NCBI GenBank assembly: GCA_965263255.1
Contig: CBDHHA010000008.1
Span: 4,549,987-4,613,986, forward strand
Length of the DNA stretch: 64,000 nucleotides
DNA from: Bryobacterales bacterium
GTDB lineage: Bacteria > Acidobacteriota > Terriglobia > Bryobacterales > UBA6623
Direction of reading: 5' to 3'
Below the pieces are notes generated by a model. That model was given only the letters and a program-made list of their open reading frames with translations, did not search any database and was not told the origin of the DNA. The position numbers and the translations under genes were made by a program. This document shows positions 45,932 to 53,555 of the stretch, piece after piece. The stretch's first letter is position 1. Each line of letters begins with the position of its first letter.

Positions 45932-46698
45932 GGTGCCAGCACCGCCTTCCAGGCCTCGGCCTGCCTCCGCGGCGTCGTCAGCAGTTCCTCGACATCCGCG
46001 GTTGCGGGGTTCCTCAGTATCTCGGCCGGTGCGCCAGTCTGTACAACGCGCCCGCGCGAGAGGATTGCGATTCTGTTCCCGAGTCGCAGGGCCTCGGAGA
46101 CGTCATGGGTGACCAGGACCACTGTGAATCCGAGGCTGCGTTGGAGCTCTTGGAAGTCCGATTGCAGTCCCTCCCTGGTCAGCGCGTCAAGCGCCCCGAA
46201 GGGCTCGTCCAATAGCACCAAGCCCGGCTCGACCGCGAGGGCCCGCGCCACCCCGACCCGCTGCTGCTGCCCGCCCGAAAGGCTCTCGGGAAAACGATCC
46301 CGGTACTCCGCCGGGTCCAGCCGGACCAGTTCCAGCAGTTCGTCCACGCGTCGAGTGGTGCGGACTGGGTCCCAGCCCACCAGCCTCGGGACGGTAGCGA
46401 TGTTTTGGGCGACCGTCCAGTGCGGGAACAGCGCCGCCCCCTGCAGCACGTATCCCGTCGAGAGCCGCAGGGCGACCGGGTCGAGGCCGGCGATATCCCG
46501 GCCGGCGACTTCGATCCGGCCCGCTTCAAGCCGCACCAGGCGGTTTACGCTTCGCAGGAGGGTCGTCTTGCCGGAACCGGATGCTCCCAGCAGGACGAGG
46601 ATCTCGCCAGCCTCTGCCTCTAGAGAGATGTCGTGGAGGATCCGAACGGGAGGAGCGCCCAGGCTCACGCAGGCCCCTTGGATCCGTAGACCGCTCAT
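45928..46698 (-). CDS. ABC transporter ATP-binding protein (osmoprotectant system, no CBS domains)
   Basis: Walker A GASGSGKTT, signature LSGGQQQRVGVARA, Walker B LVLLDEPFGALD. It overlaps the permease gene by 4 nt. The start is ATG 46698. Confidence 0.85.
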   Translation of the reverse strand: MSGLRIQGACVSLGAPPVRILHDISLEAEAGEILVLLGASGSGKTTLLRSVNRLVRLEAGRIEVAGRDIAGLDPVALRLSTGYVLQGAALFPHWTVAQNIATVPRLVGWDPVRTTRRVDELLELVRLDPAEYRDRFPESLSGGQQQRVGVARALAVEPGLVLLDEPFGALDALTREGLQSDFQELQRSLGFTVVLVTHDVSEALRLGNRIAILSRGRVVQTGAPAEILRNPATADVEELLTTPRRQAEAWKAVLAP

Positions 46699-46776
46699 CT
46701 CAGCTTTCCCGCCGTGACGGCAGGGGGGCACCGCGCCGCTCGGCCGCCCTCCGGCGCGATTGAGGAGTCGTGGGGC

Positions 46777-48453
46777 TCACGCGAAGTAGATCAGCATGAA
46801 GACTGTCGCCGCCCCCAGCAGCCAGCCCCATGGGCGCTCGCTGCGCCAGAATCCCCGCACGGTCTCTGTTGCCGCGTCTTCCCGGCCCTGCCATGTCAGC
46901 CTGGCGGCATCGGGCGAGGCCCTCTTCTTGCCGAGGCTTAGGGCCACGAGGATCGCCAGGGCGAAGGCCGCGGTCAGCGCCGTCCGGTGAAGGAAGTTCA
47001 GCTGCGGGCCGAATAGGCTCGCGACGGCCGAGCCGGGCCCGATCCACGCCCCGTAAACCCACTCGATTCCGAACGAGAACAGCGGCGAGACGAGCATCGC
47101 CCAGAACGCTCCCGACGCCGAAGCCGCTCTCCAGAGCACACCCGCCAGGAAGGCGACCGCCATGCCGGGGACGAAATGGCCGATCTGGGCAGGCACCTTT
47201 AGGAAGAAGTTATCGGCGGCGTCTTCCGTGTAGATCGCCGCCGCGATGGACGCCGCGATGACAACGAACGCGAGTATCGTGACCCGGCCCACGAGTATCA
47301 GGTTCCGCTCCGACGCCTCGGGTCTCACGAACCGCCGGTAGAAGTCGAACGTGAGCAGCGTGGCGCCGGAGTTCATCATCGAGTCGATGCTGGAGAGGAT
47401 CGCTCCGATCAACCCCGCCGTGATGATGCCTACCAGCCCGTATCCTGCCGGTACGATCAGCTGCACCAGCAGCGGGAACGCGTCGTCCGGGAGCGGGAGG
47501 CCGGAAATCTCCCCGCTCGCCATGCGGGACTCGAACAGGAAGCCGGCCGCGACGCCGGTCGCGATCGATACGAACGGGATCAGCAGCTTGAGGAAGCCGG
47601 CCGCCAGGATACCCATCTTCGCGTCGAATTCGGATCGCGCGGCGAGCGCGCGCTGGGCGATGAACTGGTTGGTCGACCAGTAGAAGATGTGAATGATCAG
47701 AAGGCCGCTGAAGACCCCGGTCCATGGCAGCTGCGGGTGGTCCGGCGGCAGGTAGAGATGGAACTTCTGCTCCGCTGCGGGGAGGGCGGCGTCCTTGGCC
47801 AGCAGGCCGCCGAGCCCGCCGATCTCCGGCTGGGCAAACACCAGCACCGCCACGAAGATCCCTGCCAGCAGAAGGAGCACGGACTGGATGACATCTGTCC
47901 AGATGACCGCCTTCAACCCGCCGACGATCGTGTAGGTTGCCGTCACCGCTGCGAAGATCAGGATCCCGGTGCCGTAGTCGACAGCGAGCGGAGTGCCGTC
48001 CAGCAGGTAGCTCAGGGCCCGGGCGCCGATGTAGAACCCGAGCGCCATCCGAACCACGACGATCATGATGATGTTGAGGCCCGAGTAGAGAACGCTGCTG
48101 CGTTCGTCGTAGCGCTCGCCGAGGTATTCCGAGAGTGTGTACAGGCCCATCCTCCGATACAGGGGGAGGAACACGAACGCAAGCAGGAGCAGCCCGGCGA
48201 TCGCCCCGTACTCGAAGTGCGCCTGGGCGAATCCGATCGAGTAGCCGATCCCGAGCATCCCGACCAAGTGCTCGGCGCTGACGTTCGTGCCGAAGATCGA
48301 GCCGGCGACGCCCCACCAAGGCACGCTCTTGCCCGCGAGGTAGAAGTCCTCGCTGGTGTCTTCCTTCCTCCCGGCCCAGAGCCCGATCGCCAGGACGAGG
48401 CAGATGCTCGCCAGGAAAATGACGATGTCGAACGCGGTCAGCGGAATCGGCAC
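46777..48453 (-). CDS. Sodium:solute symporter family (SSS/SGLT-like) transporter
   Basis: The opening FYLAGKSVPWWGVAGSIFGTNVSAEHLVGMLGIGYSIGF is typical of the SSS family. The protein is 558 aa and polytopic. Confidence 0.85.
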   Translation of the reverse strand: MPIPLTAFDIVIFLASICLVLAIGLWAGRKEDTSEDFYLAGKSVPWWGVAGSIFGTNVSAEHLVGMLGIGYSIGFAQAHFEYGAIAGLLLLAFVFLPLYRRMGLYTLSEYLGERYDERSSVLYSGLNIIMIVVVRMALGFYIGARALSYLLDGTPLAVDYGTGILIFAAVTATYTIVGGLKAVIWTDVIQSVLLLLAGIFVAVLVFAQPEIGGLGGLLAKDAALPAAEQKFHLYLPPDHPQLPWTGVFSGLLIIHIFYWSTNQFIAQRALAARSEFDAKMGILAAGFLKLLIPFVSIATGVAAGFLFESRMASGEISGLPLPDDAFPLLVQLIVPAGYGLVGIITAGLIGAILSSIDSMMNSGATLLTFDFYRRFVRPEASERNLILVGRVTILAFVVIAASIAAAIYTEDAADNFFLKVPAQIGHFVPGMAVAFLAGVLWRAASASGAFWAMLVSPLFSFGIEWVYGAWIGPGSAVASLFGPQLNFLHRTALTAAFALAILVALSLGKKRASPDAARLTWQGREDAATETVRGFWRSERPWGWLLGAATVFMLIYFA

Positions 48454-48488
48454 GTCTTAGACGCTAGCGCAACCGACCGGCACCGCGT

Positions 48489-49919
48489 TTACCAAATGCC
48501 CAGCAGCTTCCACCAAAGGCTGCCGACGGAGCACCAGACCAGTATGTTCCATACCCCGACAAGGAAGCCAGCCTGCCACCATTGCCGGAAGCTGGCGTAT
48601 CCCTGCGAGTAGAAGATGGGGGACGGGACGGTGCCGTAGTGGGTCAGCCCCGCCGAGAGGTTTCCCAGGCAGGCGAAGAGGAAGACGGCAAGACCCGCCG
48701 GGGCGCCCTGCTCGACCAGCATCAGCAGGAAGACCGGAAGCATCGTCAGGAAGTGCATCGTGATGCTGGCCAGCCCGTAATGGGCGAAGAAGTAGATCGG
48801 AACCGCGACCGCGAGCATGGGAAGCCAAGGAATGTCCCCCAGCGTCACGCCGATGTAGTCCGTGATCGCGCTGGGAACTCCCGCGTCGCTGAGCGCCCGG
48901 CCCAGCGTGATCACCCCGCCGTACCAGATCATGATGTCCCAGACCGCGTGCTGACGGACTGCGTCTTGCCAGCGGAGGACTCCGGACAGCAGCAGGACGG
49001 ACGCCCCGGAGACCGAGGCTAGGGCAACAGGTACGCCGTGCAGGTTGGATGTCGTCCAGAGGCCGCATACGACGCCGACGACGGTGATCGTGGTCCACTC
49101 GCGGCTGCCCATGCGTCCGAGCTTGCGCAGCTCGTCACGGGCGAACTCCCTGGCGTGCGGCGTCCGGCGTATCTCCGGCGGAAGCAGCTTCGACACGATC
49201 CAGACCAGGCCGACGACGCTGACGAGCGCCGGGACCACGCCCGCGGCCGCCCAGCCGGCCCAGGTCAGCTCGTAGCCCGCCACGCTGCGCGCGATCTCGA
49301 CGGCGATGAAGTTACCCGCTTGGCCGGTCAGGAACGTAGCTGCCGCGACCGCCTCGCCTTGGTACACCGCCACCATCAGGAACGTGCCGAGCAGCTTTGC
49401 GGTCGCGCCGGGCTTGGAGCCGTACAGCTCGGCCAGGCTGCGCGTGATCGGCATGATCACGCCGCCCGCCCGCGAGGTGTTCGAAGGGATCATCGTCGCC
49501 AGGGACATGTCGCTGAGAATCAGGGCGTAGGCAACGCCGTTCGAACTCGCCCCGAAGAACCGCACGAAGAGCAGCGCCACCCGTTTCGCCAGGGACGTCT
49601 CGATCAGCACGTGAGCGATCAGCAGCGCCCCGACCACCAGCCATACCGCTGGCGTCGCGAAGCCCGAGAGCGCCTGCTCCAGCGTCATCGACCGGGTCCA
49701 GACAGCAGCTACCAGCGACAGCAGGATGACGGCGCCGCCCGGCAAGGGGCGCAGGATCAGGCCGGCTATGGCCGTGGAGAACACCGCCAGCAGCCGCCAG
49801 CCCTCGTCGGAGACGCTCTCGGGCCTGGGAAGCAGCCAGTAAACGGCAACGCCCGTAGCGACAACTGCCAGGAGGCGGCGCGGGTCCGGCAGACCGCCTT
49901 CCGGTGCGTTTCCAGGCAT
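48489..49919 (-). CDS. DASS/SLC13-family anion:sodium symporter
   Basis: GVAYALILSDMSLATMIPSNTSRAGGVIMPI matches the conserved SNT-x-R hairpin motif of DASS carriers, and a second repeat lies in the C-terminal half. Confidence 0.8.
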   Translation of the reverse strand: MPGNAPEGGLPDPRRLLAVVATGVAVYWLLPRPESVSDEGWRLLAVFSTAIAGLILRPLPGGAVILLSLVAAVWTRSMTLEQALSGFATPAVWLVVGALLIAHVLIETSLAKRVALLFVRFFGASSNGVAYALILSDMSLATMIPSNTSRAGGVIMPITRSLAELYGSKPGATAKLLGTFLMVAVYQGEAVAAATFLTGQAGNFIAVEIARSVAGYELTWAGWAAAGVVPALVSVVGLVWIVSKLLPPEIRRTPHAREFARDELRKLGRMGSREWTTITVVGVVCGLWTTSNLHGVPVALASVSGASVLLLSGVLRWQDAVRQHAVWDIMIWYGGVITLGRALSDAGVPSAITDYIGVTLGDIPWLPMLAVAVPIYFFAHYGLASITMHFLTMLPVFLLMLVEQGAPAGLAVFLFACLGNLSAGLTHYGTVPSPIFYSQGYASFRQWWQAGFLVGVWNILVWCSVGSLWWKLLGIW

Positions 49920-49979
49920 AAGCGGGTATTGTAGTTCGCTGCCGAGCCGGACGGGGCGCGCGAACCCCGTGCCGAGCGG

Positions 49980-51149
49980 TCAGGCGACCGACAGGGTGTC
50001 GGAGTCCCAGCCGATCTTCCGGCCCTCCCGGATCGACAGGTTTGCCAGCTGGACGATGAGTGCCGCCTGGAATCCCTTGTCCATGGTCGCCCGAGGGGAC
50101 TCGCGCGTCCGCACGCAGTGCAGGAAGTTCATCACGTGATCGATCGTGGCCTGGGCGAACCCGCCCGGCTGCTCCTTCGAGAACGACGCCGTCTCCGGGG
50201 CGTCCCTGGGGTACACCCGGAGGAACTCCCGGCCGATGTCCATTCGGGCAATCGAGCCGTCGTACGCATTGAGCTGGTCCGCGCGCATCTCGTAGCGCAT
50301 CGCGTTGTAGTTGATGGTGAAGATCGCCAGGAATCCCTGCGGGTATTCGGCGGCCACGACCACGGATTCGGGCTGGTCCATCCCTTCGACATGGGGCCGC
50401 AGCGACGTCGCATTGACGGATACCGGATAGCCAGCGTCCATGATCAGGTGGATCGAGTCGAAGATATGGCAGCCTTGGTCCTGCGCGATTCCCCCCGAGT
50501 ACGCCGACAGGCTCCGCCAGTTGAAGAAGACGAGAGGGTCTTCGGGAACGTCAGGGGCAGGGCCTAGCCAGCCCTTCCAGTCGATGGGCCCCCTGAACGG
50601 CGCCCGCCGGGGCTCGGTCCGCGAGTTGAGCCAGTAGGTCCGTACCATGCGCACGATGCCGAGATCCCCTCCCCGGCGCATGTCGCGCGCCTCGAGGTAG
50701 AGGTTGTAGCTGCGGCGTTGCATCCCGACCTGCACGATCCGATCAGACTCGCGCCACGCTTCCACCAGTTCCTTGCCCTCTTGCGGCGTGTGGCACAGCG
50801 GCTTCTCCACGTACACGTCCTTGCCGGCAGCCATCGCGTCCAGCGTCATGCGATGGTGCCAGTGCTCGGGCGTCGCGATCAGCACCGCGTCCACGTCACG
50901 GTCTTCCAGGACCTTGCGGTAGTCGCGGTATGCGACGGTTCCCGGGCCCGCGGCGGACAGGCCTGCCTCGAGGTTGGGTTCGTAGACGTCGCATACTCCA
51001 TGGACCTTGAGGTTCGGGTCGCGCTTGAACTCGGACATTACCCGGCGGCCCCTCCCGCCGGATCCGATCACACCCAGGCGGACTGCATCGGACGGCGATT
51101 GAGCGAGCGCGGCCCCGGCGGAGGATAGGAAGAAGATGCGGCGGTTCAC
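49980..51149 (-). CDS. Gfo/Idh/MocA-family oxidoreductase with a Tat signal
   Basis: GTG 51149 gives VNRRIFFLSSAGAALAQS. The Rossmann motif is LGVIGSGGRGRR, and EKP is present (DVYVEKPL). Confidence 0.8.
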   Translation of the reverse strand: MNRRIFFLSSAGAALAQSPSDAVRLGVIGSGGRGRRVMSEFKRDPNLKVHGVCDVYEPNLEAGLSAAGPGTVAYRDYRKVLEDRDVDAVLIATPEHWHHRMTLDAMAAGKDVYVEKPLCHTPQEGKELVEAWRESDRIVQVGMQRRSYNLYLEARDMRRGGDLGIVRMVRTYWLNSRTEPRRAPFRGPIDWKGWLGPAPDVPEDPLVFFNWRSLSAYSGGIAQDQGCHIFDSIHLIMDAGYPVSVNATSLRPHVEGMDQPESVVVAAEYPQGFLAIFTINYNAMRYEMRADQLNAYDGSIARMDIGREFLRVYPRDAPETASFSKEQPGGFAQATIDHVMNFLHCVRTRESPRATMDKGFQAALIVQLANLSIREGRKIGWDSDTLSVA

Positions 51150-51537
51150 GGCACCGAGGATTCTCGCACAGAAGGGTGTGGGAGCCGGCAGCCACTTAGG
51201 TGCTTCCCGGCTTGCGCAACGCGGAGAAGGCCGAACGGCGACGAGCGGCGGACGCCCCCGTTCCAGACGCGCCCTTCCCAATGCCTGCTAGGCTTCCATA
51301 CGCCATCCGTCACTGTCGGCGCATGAGTTGGACGGGATGCCTCGGGGCGAATGCCGGACGGAACGGCAAGCTTGGGTAAGGACTAGAATGAGTTCGAGCG
51401 ACGCCGGGCTCATTGGACACCGTTCCGGATGAGCCAGGGCTACTTCCGTGGAGCAGCCGGATGCAAGGCCGGTCGCAGCGTAAGAATCCTGCATACGTCG
51501 TTACGGGACGTTGCCAAGGCACGAAGTGGAGTCGAGT

Positions 51538-52656
51538 ATGGCCGGACATCAGGACCGGATTACCGAAATCAAGGTCTCCAACTATCGGAGTATCGGGCAA
51601 GAGCAGCAGGTCGAACTCGGGCGGCTGACAGTACTCGTCGGACCCAACGGTTCTGGCAAGAGCAACCTAGTCGATGTGCTCAGCTTCGTGCGCGATGCAA
51701 TGCACAATGGCCTCTCGGCCGCAATCACGGGCCGGGGTGGCATCGACGCTGTGCGGCGCAAGAGTGCAGGGCGAGGGCGTCCCTGTAACGTAACCATCCA
51801 GCTATCGGTCAGCCTTGAGTCCGGACAGGGCTCCTACGAATTCGAGATCTCAGGGGACCGGAGAGAGGAGTATCGCGTCAAGTCGGAATCGGCGTTCGTT
51901 CGTCTGAGCGATGGGCCGCAGCGGTTCAGGGTCGAAAAGGGAATCTGGCAGGGACCGGAGGGGCTTGAGCCGAAGATCAGTGACACAGGGCTCGCGCTTC
52001 CCGCTGTGGCTGGGGATGACCGATTCCGTCCTTTGTTTGAATTGATATCACGAGTGGTTATCTATGCCATCTTCCCCGACACGCTGCGAGAACCCCAGAA
52101 ACCCAACCCCGAGAAGCCGATGCACAGGCACGGCGAAAATTGGGTCTCAATTCTGCGGAATCAGGAAGTGTCCACGTGGAAGCCAGAACTCGTTGCCGGG
52201 CTCAAGTATCTCATCGGCGATGTAAGCGACATTAGGGTCAATAGAGTTGCGAATTTCCTGGTTGCGCAGTTCCGACACGGGCAGGGGAGGTGGTTTGATG
52301 CGGGCCAGGAGTCTGACGGCACGCTTCGGGTTGCGGGAATCCTAACCGCCCTGTTGCAAGAGCCGCCACTGCCACTCGTCGGTATCGAGGAGCCTGAACT
52401 GACAATTCACCCTGGAGCGCTTCCAATGTTGATGGACTACCTGCGGCAGGCCAGTGACATATCTCAGGTGCTCCTTACCTCCCACAGCCCCGAGCTGTTG
52501 GATCTTGTCGAAACGGATGAAGTCCGAGTGGTGGCCCGAGCGAATGGCGCAACGCGAATCCGTCCTATGGCGGGGCACCAGAGGGATGTTGTCAAGAGCC
52601 GACTGCTGACCCTCGGCGAGCTCATGACGACTGAAGGCCTATTGCAGCAATTGTGA
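51538..52656 (+). CDS. ABC/SMC-type AAA ATPase (AAA_15/AAA_21-like), partner of the DUF4276 gene
   Basis: ATG 51538 lies 6 nt after GGAG. The opening IKVSNYRSIG precedes Walker A GPNGSGKSN. Signature-like ESDGTLRVAGIL, Walker B LVGIEEPE, H-loop LTSHSPELL. Its stop overlaps the next gene's start (GTGA). Confidence 0.8.
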   Translation: MAGHQDRITEIKVSNYRSIGQEQQVELGRLTVLVGPNGSGKSNLVDVLSFVRDAMHNGLSAAITGRGGIDAVRRKSAGRGRPCNVTIQLSVSLESGQGSYEFEISGDRREEYRVKSESAFVRLSDGPQRFRVEKGIWQGPEGLEPKISDTGLALPAVAGDDRFRPLFELISRVVIYAIFPDTLREPQKPNPEKPMHRHGENWVSILRNQEVSTWKPELVAGLKYLIGDVSDIRVNRVANFLVAQFRHGQGRWFDAGQESDGTLRVAGILTALLQEPPLPLVGIEEPELTIHPGALPMLMDYLRQASDISQVLLTSHSPELLDLVETDEVRVVARANGATRIRPMAGHQRDVVKSRLLTLGELMTTEGLLQQL

Positions 52657-53312
52657 GAATCCTGGTAGTGATGAATAAATCGAAGAAGGTATATGTTCTT
52701 GTAGAGGGCCACGGAGAGGTAGCGTCAGTACAGAACCTTCTCACCAGAATTTCCAGTGAACAGGACGTTCACTTTGCGTGGGCGAAACCCATTAGATGGA
52801 AGAACCTCCACAAGCAAAGTGGGTGCCAGCGTGGGGCGGATTTCATTCGGGCCAAGCCCGATGCGGAGGCCATGCTCGTTCTCCGGGATGGAGACCGCGG
52901 CTGCCCCAAGCAACTGGGACCAGAAATGGCGGATTGGATGCGCAAAGCGAGTCTTCCCTTCCCGTCGGCCGTCGTCTTGCTGCACCCGGAGTACGAGGTT
53001 CTCTTCCTGCCATGCCTCGACCTCATTGCGGGAAGGCTGCTTGACGGTCGTCCTGGCCTCTCTCCGGGAACGGTGTGGGATCGACCGACCTGGGAGTCGA
53101 AACGAGGAGTCAAGGAGTGGCTGACTCGCAACTATCCAAAGAATCGATGCTATAGGGAAACTCTTGACCAACTCCCAATGACACGGATGGTGGATCTTGA
53201 ACGCCTAAGGAAAGCCAATGTGCCGTGTTTCGGAACACTGGAACGGGCCGTGCAATTCCTGGCTCGGAGCTCGGATGCGGGAGCGGTGTATCCCGCAATG
53301 CCCGAGCCGTGA
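52653..53312 (+). CDS. DUF4276-like protein with Toprim-like motifs
   Basis: The strand-1 glutamate is in KKVYVLVEGHGE. The DxD motif is in MLVLRDGDRGCP. A later acidic motif is LLHPEYEVLFL. The start is GTG 52653 or ATG 52671. The DUF4276 assignment comes from memory of the family pattern and needs an HMM check. Confidence 0.7.
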   Translation: MRILVVMNKSKKVYVLVEGHGEVASVQNLLTRISSEQDVHFAWAKPIRWKNLHKQSGCQRGADFIRAKPDAEAMLVLRDGDRGCPKQLGPEMADWMRKASLPFPSAVVLLHPEYEVLFLPCLDLIAGRLLDGRPGLSPGTVWDRPTWESKRGVKEWLTRNYPKNRCYRETLDQLPMTRMVDLERLRKANVPCFGTLERAVQFLARSSDAGAVYPAMPEP

Positions 53313-53555
53313 ACGAATGTGCGCCGCGCGTAGCGCATTGATTCCGCAACGTGCTCCTAGGCAAAGCGGATTCGCGCGTCAATGGACGTTCGTGGGCAGC
53401 CGGCTCATGGCTTGCCTCACTGCCCTCCCGATGTGTAGTCCATAGCCTGGCCGGCCAGCCAATTCGCCCAGGGTCGCACCCATGGTCGTACACTGTCTTC
53501 GGACTGATGGACGGCCCGTCGCCACGAATGGTCCCGGGCCTCGCGAGCTAGCGAA

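Noticed and set aside
51282-51537. Search for a tRNA, att site or direct repeats bounding the ATPase island (compared with 55287..55500)
   Set aside because: I found only short chance similarities and one small hairpin (AATGAG...CTCATT at 51387-51414), and no tRNA-like structure. No integrase is nearby, so I cannot claim a defined mobile element.
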